From Parcubacteria group bacterium (GTDB lineage: Bacteria > Patescibacteriota > Microgenomatia > UBA1400 > PJMF01), in assembly GCA_943350175.1 (NCBI GenBank), contig CALQZX010000002.1, forward strand, positions 2,061 through 66,060: a stretch of DNA of 64,000 nucleotides. The letters are read 5' to 3'. The stretch's first letter is position 1. Each line of letters begins with the position of its first letter. Of this stretch, positions 25,323 through 34,408 are shown one piece after another. Under the pieces are notes generated by a model. It was not told the DNA's origin. It saw nothing but the letters and a program-made list of their open reading frames with translations, and did no database searches. Position numbers and translations under genes: made by a program.

Positions 25323-26354
25323 ATGTTTTTGCATAAAAAGAAATCTCTTATATTTCTAGTGGTTGTTTTCATAGTAATTGGTAGTCTTGGTCTATTTTTT
25401 TACCAAAGAAATGCCGCCTCAGCAAAGGATGCCGCTGCTCAAAAAACTGCTAAGGTAATTAAAACTGATTTAAAGATTGCGTTTTCCATAGATGGGAAAT
25501 TGGTAATAGATAGTTATGAACCCAACTTTTCCGTTAGTGGCAAAATTGCCAAAGTTTTGGTCAAAGAAGGTGACGTGGTTAAAAAAGGACAATGGTTGGC
25601 CTTACTAGATACTCAAGAGGCACAAAAAGACTTGGAAAAAAGTTTATTAGATTATTCTAAAGAGCGTAATGATTTTGACCAAGATACTCAAGTGACCTAT
25701 GCAGATAAAGTGATTACCGACACTTTCAAGCGCATTCTTGAAAAAAACCAATGGGATCTCAGTAGAGCAGTTTTAGATGTAGAACTAAGTAATTTGGCTA
25801 TACAGCAATCTAAATTGATTTCTCCAGCTGAGGGTGTTGTGGCAGTTATCAATATTAAGGCTGGCGGTTATGCCAGCACTCAAAACCAAACTGCGGCTAT
25901 TACTATTGTACAGCCGGACAGCTTGCAATTCATCGCCTATGCCGAAGAGGATGACGTGCTTAGAATTACTGAAGAGCAAAGCACGAATATAGTTTTGCAA
26001 GCTTACACTAAGGATCAATTTCCAGCCAAAGTAGTTTTTGTGTCGCCACAAGCAACCCTCGATGCCAATGGAATTGCTTCATACAAGGTTGCAGCAGACA
26101 TTGAGAACCAAAAAAACTTAAAGCTGATCGATGGAATGGAAGGAAGCCTTAGCTTTGTTGCCAAAGAGGTTAAAAATGTTTTAGCTATTCCGAATAAATC
26201 AATCATTAGAGAAAACAACCAAACTTATGTCTTAGTCAAAAAAGAAAATGCTGAACTTGTCAAAACTGCGATTCAAACAGCTTTTACTGATGGCAAAAAT
26301 GTGGAAGTGACTAGCGGTTTGGAGTTGGGACAGGAAGTAGTTGTAGGCAATTAA
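25323..26354 (+). CDS. HlyD/MacA-family periplasmic adaptor (membrane fusion protein)
   Basis: N-terminal TM, coiled-coil hairpin and beta-barrel segments typical of efflux adaptor proteins. Confidence 0.65.
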   Translation: MFLHKKKSLIFLVVVFIVIGSLGLFFYQRNAASAKDAAAQKTAKVIKTDLKIAFSIDGKLVIDSYEPNFSVSGKIAKVLVKEGDVVKKGQWLALLDTQEAQKDLEKSLLDYSKERNDFDQDTQVTYADKVITDTFKRILEKNQWDLSRAVLDVELSNLAIQQSKLISPAEGVVAVINIKAGGYASTQNQTAAITIVQPDSLQFIAYAEEDDVLRITEEQSTNIVLQAYTKDQFPAKVVFVSPQATLDANGIASYKVAADIENQKNLKLIDGMEGSLSFVAKEVKNVLAIPNKSIIRENNQTYVLVKKENAELVKTAIQTAFTDGKNVEVTSGLELGQEVVVGN

Positions 26355-26355
26355 A

Positions 26356-27036
26356 ATGGCAACAAAAATAATTTCACTTGAAGATGTAAAAAAAAGCTAT
26401 TTCATTAAAAGTGAAGAATTTTCAATTCTCAAAGGAATTAATTTTGACATTGAAAAGGGAGAATTTGTGTCTTTAATGGGACCGTCTGGCTCAGGAAAAT
26501 CAACTTTACTAAATATTATCGGTGCTTTAGATAAACCAACTAGTGGTAAGTATTTTATTCAAGAAAAATTGGTTTCTACTTTGGTTTCTGATCAGCTAGC
26601 TGACATTCGCAACCGTTACATTGGTTTTATTTTTCAAAATTTTAATTTAATTCCCACTCTTAGCGCGTTGGACAATGTAGCTTTGCCTAGTTTTTATGCT
26701 GGAAAATTAGTTTATGAGCGTGCAAAGGAATTATTAAACATGGTTGGTCTTAGTGGTAGATTTAATAATCGTCCCAATGAGTTGTCTGGTGGGCAGCGCC
26801 AAAGAGTTGCTATTGCTAGAGCACTCATCAATGATCCTGAGTTTATTTTGGCAGACGAACCAACTGGCAATCTTGACTCCAAAACTGGTCGAGAAATTAT
26901 TGATTTGATCTCATCTCTCAAAAATAAGCATGGTAAAACCATCTTGATGGTTACGCACGACCAAAATTTAAGCAAAATTACTGATCGAGTAATTTATCTC
27001 AAAGATGGCAGGATTACTAATAAAAAAAGTTTATGA
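26356..27036 (+). CDS. ABC transporter ATP-binding protein (MacB/LolD-type)
   Basis: Walker A GPSGSGKST, signature LSGGQRQRVAIARAL, Walker B ILADEPTGNLD. Confidence 0.85.
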   Translation: MATKIISLEDVKKSYFIKSEEFSILKGINFDIEKGEFVSLMGPSGSGKSTLLNIIGALDKPTSGKYFIQEKLVSTLVSDQLADIRNRYIGFIFQNFNLIPTLSALDNVALPSFYAGKLVYERAKELLNMVGLSGRFNNRPNELSGGQRQRVAIARALINDPEFILADEPTGNLDSKTGREIIDLISSLKNKHGKTILMVTHDQNLSKITDRVIYLKDGRITNKKSL

Positions 27037-28235
27037 CAGTCAAGTTTTTATTTCAGCTATTTATTTTATCCTGGCAATCATTAAGAGCCAATCTTTTTCG
27101 TTCTTTTTTAACAACTTTAGGAATCATTATTGGCACAACCACAATTATTATTGTAGTTGCCCTAGGTGAAGGAGCCAAGCGTGACATTGAGGCACAGTAT
27201 TCTAATATGTCGGTAACGACTATTCTAGTCAATGCTCCCGCCACCGACGGCTCACCTTCCAAGTTATCAATTGATGACATTCCTCTGGTGAAAGAAATTC
27301 CTACAGTTGCTGAGGCAGTTCCGATGCTAACAGGCAAGGTGAATATAGCAGCTGGTGACAACACTACTAATTTTTCAGTAGTTGGCACTTATGCAGATTT
27401 TGCAGAAGTTGCTAACCTGGAATTTGTCAGCGGGGCATTTTTTACTCAAGAAGATGAAGATAACCACAATAAACAAGCAATTTTGGGAGCAACCGTTGCC
27501 GAAGAATTGTATGGCAGCAAAACACCTGATGTAATTGGTGAGACAGTGATTCTAGGTAAAAGAGAATTTGAAATTATTGGAATAGCAAAGTATAGAGGCG
27601 GAGCATTTGGGCCAGTGACCATTGATGAAAGTGTTTTTACTCCTTATTCCTCAGCTTATCGCTATGTTTTGGGTAAGAATGGCAAGTTTTCTTTTAATGT
27701 AAATGCTAGTAGTGTCGAGACCTTGCCGGCTACTATGGATGCTTTGGCAGTGGTGCTTAGAGAAGCTCATAACATCGGACCGTCTGATACGGAAGATTTT
27801 CGTTTGCGAGACATGGGAGCAACGGTGGCTTCTGCTCAGAGTTCTTCTGCCACGATGGCCTTTCTTTTGGGGAGTGTTGGGTTCATCGTGCTTTTAGTTG
27901 GAGGAATTGGCATTATGAATATCATGTATGTGACAGTTTCGGAAAGAACAAAAGAGATTGGGGTTAGAAAAGCAATTGGGGCCAAGGATGTCTACATCTT
28001 AACTCAATTTTTATTTGAGGCATTTATTCTGACTGCGGTTGGCTTTGTTTTGGGAACTATTATCGCTGTTGGCTTTTATTATCTGTTGCTTTCTTTTGAT
28101 TTAAAAATTGTATTTGTCTGGTGGAGCTTGCCTTTGTCTTTTGTGATTACCTTCGCCGTGGGGATGTTTTTCGGCTATGCACCAGCAAAACAAGCTGCAT
28201 CTCTTAATCCGATTGATGCCTTAAGATACGAATAA
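27033..28235 (+). CDS. ABC transporter permease, MacB/FtsX-like
   Basis: N-terminal TM + periplasmic domain + C-terminal 3 TM FtsX-type bundle. Confidence 0.75.
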   Translation: MTVKFLFQLFILSWQSLRANLFRSFLTTLGIIIGTTTIIIVVALGEGAKRDIEAQYSNMSVTTILVNAPATDGSPSKLSIDDIPLVKEIPTVAEAVPMLTGKVNIAAGDNTTNFSVVGTYADFAEVANLEFVSGAFFTQEDEDNHNKQAILGATVAEELYGSKTPDVIGETVILGKREFEIIGIAKYRGGAFGPVTIDESVFTPYSSAYRYVLGKNGKFSFNVNASSVETLPATMDALAVVLREAHNIGPSDTEDFRLRDMGATVASAQSSSATMAFLLGSVGFIVLLVGGIGIMNIMYVTVSERTKEIGVRKAIGAKDVYILTQFLFEAFILTAVGFVLGTIIAVGFYYLLLSFDLKIVFVWWSLPLSFVITFAVGMFFGYAPAKQAASLNPIDALRYE

Positions 28236-28308
28236 GCAATAATTTTACTTACTAAATAAAAAGGGTTACTATTAAGTTAGTGCAATATTAGTTTAAGGAA
28301 TAAAGATT

Positions 28309-29004
28309 ATGAAAAATAAATCCTTGTCGATTTTTTTAGCTACCGTTATTCTTTTATCTTTCGCGACGCTTACTCAGGCTGCAAAGAATAGTGACTCTGG
28401 AAGTGGCGGTGCCAGCGGAGCCGGAAGTGAAACCACTTATCCTTCTCAACCAGCAGTTCAAGTCAAAAATCAAGTTGAAACCAAGAACCAGGGTGAAGAT
28501 TCACAACTCATGATTGAAACAAAGGAAGAAACAAACACTGGAGCAGCTAGCGATACTTCAAAAAAAGATTCTCCGCGTAACGAAATGGCTCAGGAGAAAA
28601 TGAGTGAAGTTTCTAAACAAGTTGAGGAATTACTTGGCAATAAAACGATGAAAGGTGGCGTTGGTGAGCAAGTTAGGGAAATCGCTACTAAGCAAAAAAT
28701 GGCTCAAGAGCAGGTTAAAACTCAATTAGATCAGGTAGAAAGTCGTAAGGGTTTGCTCAAATCATTACTTGGTCCAGATTATAAAGCTCTAAAAAGTGTC
28801 GAGAGTCAGGTTAAAGCCAATCAATTGCGCATTGAAGAATTAGTGAATTTACAAGCAGAATTGACTGACGCTGAAGAAATAGCGATGATTGAAGAAACTA
28901 TCTTGTCTTTAACTGAACAAAACACTCAGCTTCAAGATACTATTACAAGTGAAAGCCAGGCTAAAAGTATGTTTGGCTGGTTATTTAAATACTTTGCTAA
29001 ATAA
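28309..29004 (+). CDS. secreted coiled-coil protein, unknown
   Basis: signal peptide, Gly/Ser-rich linker, Gln/Glu-rich helices. Confidence 0.5.
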   Translation: MKNKSLSIFLATVILLSFATLTQAAKNSDSGSGGASGAGSETTYPSQPAVQVKNQVETKNQGEDSQLMIETKEETNTGAASDTSKKDSPRNEMAQEKMSEVSKQVEELLGNKTMKGGVGEQVREIATKQKMAQEQVKTQLDQVESRKGLLKSLLGPDYKALKSVESQVKANQLRIEELVNLQAELTDAEEIAMIEETILSLTEQNTQLQDTITSESQAKSMFGWLFKYFAK

Positions 29005-29007
29005 AAT

Positions 29008-29655
29008 ATGAAAAACATAAAAACTAAAGAAACTAAATTAACTAAATTAACAATTTATCTCTTGGTATTTTTACTTATCGGCATGGCTCTTGGCTATTTT
29101 ATTAGTCAAGTCAGTGCCAGCAAAATGACTAGCTTTCCTAACAGAGAGCCAAAAAAAATGTCAGAAACAAATAATCCTCAAGGTAAACAAACCAATCGTG
29201 GCAATTGCTTGTCAGATGATTGTTTGTTAGTTGATGATTTGAATTATCCAGCTGGAGAGCTATCTGTAGGAGTGCAGGACGCTTTGGACAAGGCGATTGA
29301 TGATGAGTATCATGCCTTAGCTTTTTATGAAGCGGTTACTAATAAATTTGGGATGCTTAGACCATTTTCAATGATTAAGAATGCTGAAGAACAGCACATC
29401 GCTTCTCTCAAGGCTATTTATGACAAATATGGCTTGAAAGCTCCAGCGAGCACTTGGTCGGCCAAAATTAGTGCTCCAAGCACCATCAAAGAAGCTTGTC
29501 AGGTGGGAGTGGATGCTGAAATTGCCAATGCTGACTTATATCAAAAAGAATTATTGCCAGCAGTTGTAAAGTATGAAGACATTAAGCAGGTTTTTACCAA
29601 CCTAATGAATGCTTCGAGACAAAAACATCTGCCAGCATTCGAAAAGTGCAACTAA
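29008..29655 (+). CDS. membrane-anchored ferritin-like (DUF2202-type) protein
   Basis: DDEYHALAFYEAV...AEEQHIASL di-iron-like E..H pairs. Confidence 0.5.
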   Translation: MKNIKTKETKLTKLTIYLLVFLLIGMALGYFISQVSASKMTSFPNREPKKMSETNNPQGKQTNRGNCLSDDCLLVDDLNYPAGELSVGVQDALDKAIDDEYHALAFYEAVTNKFGMLRPFSMIKNAEEQHIASLKAIYDKYGLKAPASTWSAKISAPSTIKEACQVGVDAEIANADLYQKELLPAVVKYEDIKQVFTNLMNASRQKHLPAFEKCN

Positions 29656-29682
29656 ATTTTTGGCAAATGTTTAATTTAGGCT

Positions 29683-29997
29683 TTATTCTTCCTTGAATCC
29701 GCCAATTCTCCAGGCCAATAATCCATTGGTGAGGTTGAAAACATTCTTGTAGCCAAGCATCATCATTTCTTCAACAGCGTAAACGCTGCGTGAACCAGAT
29801 AAGCAATAAACATATACAGAAGCATTTTTATCTGGAATGATTTTTTCAATTTCATCACTGACTTCATCAACGGGAAGGTTGATGCTGTTGGCAATTTTGC
29901 CGCGAACGTATTCTCCAGGAGTGCGCACGTCCAAGAGAATTATTTCTGGATTAGTATCGATGATTTTTTGTAATTCTTGCGCTGAAATTTCTAACAT
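29683..29997 (-). CDS. rhodanese-domain sulfurtransferase
   Basis: active-site loop YCLSGSRS (Cys-x2-Gly-x-Arg). Confidence 0.75.
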   Translation of the reverse strand: MLEISAQELQKIIDTNPEIILLDVRTPGEYVRGKIANSINLPVDEVSDEIEKIIPDKNASVYVYCLSGSRSVYAVEEMMMLGYKNVFNLTNGLLAWRIGGFKEE

Positions 29998-29999
29998 AT

Positions 30000-30686
30000 T
30001 TAACCCTTAACTAAATAGACTTTGATAAAACTAGTTTTTAATTCGGCTGCTTTTGCTGCTAACTCGTCAGTTTTTTTACTCAGAGCTAGGTTTTTCAAGT
30101 CATCCAAATTTTTACGAATGGTTTGTATTTCAGTTGAATTTTCTTCTTTTCCCACGGCAGCCAAGGCAGCATCAACCTTAGGATAAACCTCCAAAACTTC
30201 TTCTGCATTTTTCGCATCAGCTGCAGTAATTATTTGCTCCATAATGTCGTGAAAATCAACTAAAGCCATCAACAACATTGAGAAGCCATTACGTTTAAAC
30301 ATCTCTTGAAAAATTGGTCTAATTTCTTCTAATTGTTTATGAGTTGTTGGCAGATCTCCACCATAAACGCCATCTTTAGCATTGGTGATTAAATTCTTTA
30401 CGACTTCTAAATCGCTATTAAATTTGTCATCTTGGCGAATTACGTAAGGCTTATATGAACTATATTTTTGGTTAAACTGTTCATAATTAATCACTAGTAA
30501 ATCATATTGTGTTTTGGCCTCATCTCTTTTATTTTGGCCAGTTAGAAAGAGAGCTTGTTTGTAATAGCCATTCATGCGATTAAAATCTTCTAAGAATTTT
30601 TTGCGAGTAATGGTTGTACTAACGAACGAGCCAATGCCTAAAATGGCGATGGCCAATCCTGCTAACATTATTTTTTGATTGGACAT
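30000..30686 (-). CDS. membrane-anchored helical protein, unknown
   Basis: N-terminal TM; lies between the DUF2892 and rhodanese genes. Confidence 0.4.
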   Translation of the reverse strand: MSNQKIMLAGLAIAILGIGSFVSTTITRKKFLEDFNRMNGYYKQALFLTGQNKRDEAKTQYDLLVINYEQFNQKYSSYKPYVIRQDDKFNSDLEVVKNLITNAKDGVYGGDLPTTHKQLEEIRPIFQEMFKRNGFSMLLMALVDFHDIMEQIITAADAKNAEEVLEVYPKVDAALAAVGKEENSTEIQTIRKNLDDLKNLALSKKTDELAAKAAELKTSFIKVYLVKG

Positions 30687-30892
30687 GTGGAGATTCCCAG
30701 TAATTTATATAAACCGCAGAAGCCAACTAATCCCGTCGCCAAAGCAATTGCTCCAACGATATAGGCTACTGTCGCAGCTGTTCCGGCGAGCCAGAAGAAT
30801 CCAGCTAATAGAGCGACTGAGCCAATAATTACTCTGATGACGCGGTCAACAGTTCCTTCATTTGGTTGTGTAAATGGACATGAAAAGCTCAT
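30668..30892 (-). CDS. DUF2892 (YgaP C-terminal-like) small membrane protein
   Basis: VDRVIRVIIGSVALLAG...FCGLYKLLGISTCP matches the DUF2892 pattern. Confidence 0.6.
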   Translation of the reverse strand: MSFSCPFTQPNEGTVDRVIRVIIGSVALLAGFFWLAGTAATVAYIVGAIALATGLVGFCGLYKLLGISTCPIKK

Positions 30893-31176
30893 AGTGATAA
30901 TTCTCCTTCTAGTGACATTAATAATGAACTGATGTCGGCAGCTTTTTTATATTTGAGTGAATAAATGATGGATTTGCCACTTCTATTGGCTTCAATGAGA
31001 TTGGCTTTTTTCAATTTAGCCAAATGTTGAGAGACAGCTGATTGAGATAAGTGGCAGTGCTCTATGAGTTCAGTTACACTTTTTGATTTTTTGGACAAGC
31101 AAGCAATTAGTTTGGCCCTCATTTTATTGCCAAAAGCAGCATAAATTTCGCAGTTGCTGTCTATGTTTTTGTCCAT
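30889..31176 (-). CDS. ArsR/SmtB-family transcriptional regulator
   Basis: helix-turn-helix SVTELIEHCHLSQSAVSQHLAKLKKANLI. Confidence 0.75.
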   Translation of the reverse strand: MDKNIDSNCEIYAAFGNKMRAKLIACLSKKSKSVTELIEHCHLSQSAVSQHLAKLKKANLIEANRSGKSIIYSLKYKKAADISSLLMSLEGELSL

Positions 31177-31260
31177 AGATACATATTAGCAGTTGCTAAT
31201 ATTATGTCAAGCTGTCCTTTTTCATTTCTTTGATCTTGTGTAAAATATCATCATAAAAAT

Positions 31261-31861
31261 ATGATCAAAATTGTTTATTTCGATTTCGGTGCCGTTCTCA
31301 TTAATTACGAAAAATTCTTTAGCAAAATCTGCGATGATTTTTCTTTAGAAATTGAGGACTTTTTGAATTTATACGATCAATTTTGTTCAGATTTAACTGT
31401 TGGCAAGATGACTACCAATCAATTTTGGCAAGAATGCATCAAAAAATATAATCTTAAAAACGCCGAAGATTAATGATTTAGTTGGACAATGGGTTTCTGA
31501 ATATAAAATTATTCAGCCAATTAATGAGTTAATCTATTCATTGGAAAATAAAATAGAAGTTGGAATTATTTCTAATATTCATGATGGATTATGGGAAAGT
31601 GCATTTGAACTTAGTCTGGTGCCAAACATTAAATATAAAAAAATCTATCTTTCCTATCAAATAAAAATGGCCAAGCCAAATTCTGATATTTACGAAATGG
31701 TTCAAAGAGAATCTGGAGTTTTACCAAGTGAAATTTTATTTGTTGATGATAAAGCAGAAAATTTAATCGTTCCACAAAGTTTGGGTTGGAAAACCGTCCT
31801 ATTCGATGAATTGGAGGCAGAAAAGGGAGTCGATGAAATAAAAAATTTATTAGCTCTTTAA
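31261..31861 (+). pseudogene. HAD-superfamily hydrolase interrupted by a +1 frameshift near 31465-31475
   Basis: ORF 31261..31473 carries HAD motif I (VYFDFGAVL); frame +1 continues ...INDLVGQWVSEYK... into ORF 31541..31861 with motifs III/IV (K, FVDDK). Confidence 0.55.
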
Positions 31862-32803
31862 CGACTTTACGTATTCTGCCATTTTTTCAGGATTCATTGT
31901 TTCATCAGCATAATTATTTAAGACATCTCTGGATAATTCGCAGATAGCTTCAAAACTTTTTCCCATATCTAAGATGATGTATTCTTCTCCTTCAAATTTT
32001 ACGCCACCGGCATTAATCATTCTGGCCAACATTATCTCAGCCATCTTGCGGTAGGCATTGATGGTTTCTTCACTGCCGCTGTCGGAAATAATGTATTCAT
32101 GGCAATAACCAACGATGAATTGTAAATACTTCTGAGCCTTAGGCGTCACTCCTTTTATTTTTTCACTTTCCCAAAAAATGCGAATACCTGTCGTGTCAGC
32201 CTTAATTTCTTCAATTGTTTCAATATATGAATGATAGTAGCCGACACGTTTAGAAATTTCTAGGTCTTCAAGTTTAAACAGTGTGTGGCCTAGTTCGTGC
32301 AAAGTGGTGGACATAATCATGATTTCTAAGAGTTCATTCCTCTCCACTTCATTGGTGTTTTCACTTAGTAGTTTTTGGTAGGTTGAAGATAATCCAAATG
32401 AGCCAACTGCTTCAATTGAGTTTGTGTAACAGATCGCTCGCTCATCAGCTGAACCCTGATCTCGCCACCATGAGTTGCTACCCATTCCAGCCATCAAGGC
32501 GTAAAAATCAGCTTTAGTGAGTTGTTTCTTAAAATAGTTTTCTCGTTGATTTTCTTCCAGTTTTTCTGACCAAAGCTGTAGAAATTCTGCCAAAAGAGGG
32601 CTTATTTTGGATTGCCAAGCTTTGGTTACTTCTTTTTGGGCAGATAACAATAAGTTTTCAATTGAGCCAGTCTCTTTTGGAGATAATTCTGCCTTTTCAA
32701 GCAATTCGCGATGAAGATCAGTCTGCAGAGTCGCCGCAAACTGAAGGGAAAACTTACTTCTTTCTTTAGAATGCTTTGTTTCCCAGAGGACGTTTTCAGT
32801 CAT
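31850..32803 (-). CDS. putative zinc metallopeptidase (HEXXH)
   Basis: TTLHELGHTLF motif; family not recognised. Confidence 0.45.
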   Translation of the reverse strand: MTENVLWETKHSKERSKFSLQFAATLQTDLHRELLEKAELSPKETGSIENLLLSAQKEVTKAWQSKISPLLAEFLQLWSEKLEENQRENYFKKQLTKADFYALMAGMGSNSWWRDQGSADERAICYTNSIEAVGSFGLSSTYQKLLSENTNEVERNELLEIMIMSTTLHELGHTLFKLEDLEISKRVGYYHSYIETIEEIKADTTGIRIFWESEKIKGVTPKAQKYLQFIVGYCHEYIISDSGSEETINAYRKMAEIMLARMINAGGVKFEGEEYIILDMGKSFEAICELSRDVLNNYADETMNPEKMAEYVKSLKS

Positions 32804-32855
32804 TATTCATTATAGAACACAATGTCGAGAGTTTTTGGGGTATAATTCACTCCTT

Positions 32856-34316
32856 ATGGCTAATGACACAATTATTAGATTCGAAAAAGTCTCCTTCAAT
32901 TTCTCGCATGAAAAAGCGATTCTCAATGAAGTCAGCTTTACTGTGCGTCGTGGCATGAAGATCGCAGTCATGGGCCAGAACGGTGCTGGCAAAAGCACTT
33001 TATTCAAATTGCTTACCAAAACATTGCAACCTGACTATGGTGAAATTTTTGTTGATCGTCAATTAACTGTAGCCACCGCTTTTCAAGTAATTGCCAAAGA
33101 AGACATGTCTTTGACCGTTTTGGAATATTTCAAGAAGTATGCCAAATTAGAAGAACATGAGACCAAGCGCCGCATGGCCTCAGTGCTCGATGCGGTCAAT
33201 CTTCGTGCTCCAGAAGATAAAATCATTAAAGATTTCTCAGGTGGTCAGCAAGCTCGTTTATTGTTAGCAGCTGCTTTAATTCAGAACCCAGACTTACTTT
33301 TGCTTGATGAGCCAACCAATAATCTCGATCCAGCTGGCATTGGTCATTTAACTGCTTTTTTGATGATGTATCCCAAGAGTGTTCTGGTGATTTCTCATGA
33401 TGCTTTGTTTTTAAATGCCTTTACCGAAGGTGTTTTGTATCTAGATAGTTTTACTCAAAAAGTCGAACAATACGCTGGCAACTACGATGATGTGGTGGAG
33501 CAAATTGAAGATCGTATTGAAAAAGAAAATCGTGCCAACGCTCAAAAGGCTCGTGGTATTCAAGAAAACAAAGATAAAGCCGAATTCTTTGCTCATAAAG
33601 GTGGCAAGATGCGTAATGTCGCCAAGAAGATGCGTGAAAAAATTGAAGTTCTAGAAAGCGAAAAAGTTGACGTGCGTAAAGAAGATAAGACAATTCGTCC
33701 TTTTGAAATTCCAGTTCAATCCAATTTCCCAAATGATCTAATGAAAATTACTTCTTTTACCGCCATGATTAATCATGAGGAAGTGACTAGAAAAGCTGAT
33801 GTCATCTTGATGAAAAAGCGCCATCTTCAAATCGTAGGTCCAAATGGTATTGGTAAAAGCACTTTAATAGAATCGATGGCCAAAGGGACTCAGCCAGGTT
33901 TAATTTTGCCAAAAACTTTGCGCGTTGGTTATTATCGTCAGGATTTTTCTACTCTAGATTTTGAACAATTGGTCCATGAGTCTTTAACCGAAGCAATGAT
34001 TGAGTCAGACAAAAACATGAGTCAAGAACGCATGCGCTCTGTGGCTTCTGGATTCCTTTTAACTTCAGAAGTGATGAAATCTAAAATTGGCAGTTTATCT
34101 GAAGGTCAAAAAGGCTTAGTGGCTTTTGCTCGTTTGGTTTTACTCAAGCCAGGTTTGCTGATTCTCGATGAACCAACCAACCACATTAATTTCCGCCATT
34201 TACCAGTGATCGCTAAAGCCCTTGATTCATATGAAGGAGCAATGATTTTGGTTTCTCACATTCCTGAATTTGTTGAGCAAATTCATATTGATGATATCCT
34301 TGATTTGGAGAGATAG
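32856..34316 (+). CDS. ABC-F family ATPase (two tandem NBDs, no TM domain)
   Basis: Walker A GQNGAGKST and GPNGIGKST; signatures FSGGQQARLLLA and LSEGQKGLVAFA; charged inter-domain linker. Confidence 0.75.
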   Translation: MANDTIIRFEKVSFNFSHEKAILNEVSFTVRRGMKIAVMGQNGAGKSTLFKLLTKTLQPDYGEIFVDRQLTVATAFQVIAKEDMSLTVLEYFKKYAKLEEHETKRRMASVLDAVNLRAPEDKIIKDFSGGQQARLLLAAALIQNPDLLLLDEPTNNLDPAGIGHLTAFLMMYPKSVLVISHDALFLNAFTEGVLYLDSFTQKVEQYAGNYDDVVEQIEDRIEKENRANAQKARGIQENKDKAEFFAHKGGKMRNVAKKMREKIEVLESEKVDVRKEDKTIRPFEIPVQSNFPNDLMKITSFTAMINHEEVTRKADVILMKKRHLQIVGPNGIGKSTLIESMAKGTQPGLILPKTLRVGYYRQDFSTLDFEQLVHESLTEAMIESDKNMSQERMRSVASGFLLTSEVMKSKIGSLSEGQKGLVAFARLVLLKPGLLILDEPTNHINFRHLPVIAKALDSYEGAMILVSHIPEFVEQIHIDDILDLER

Positions 34317-34408
34317 TCTATCCAATAATTTCAAAATCAGTGAAGTCTTTGGGATTACTAGGGCTTCATAAGTAGTATACTGATAACCTATCTTTTTACT
34401 TTTATAAA

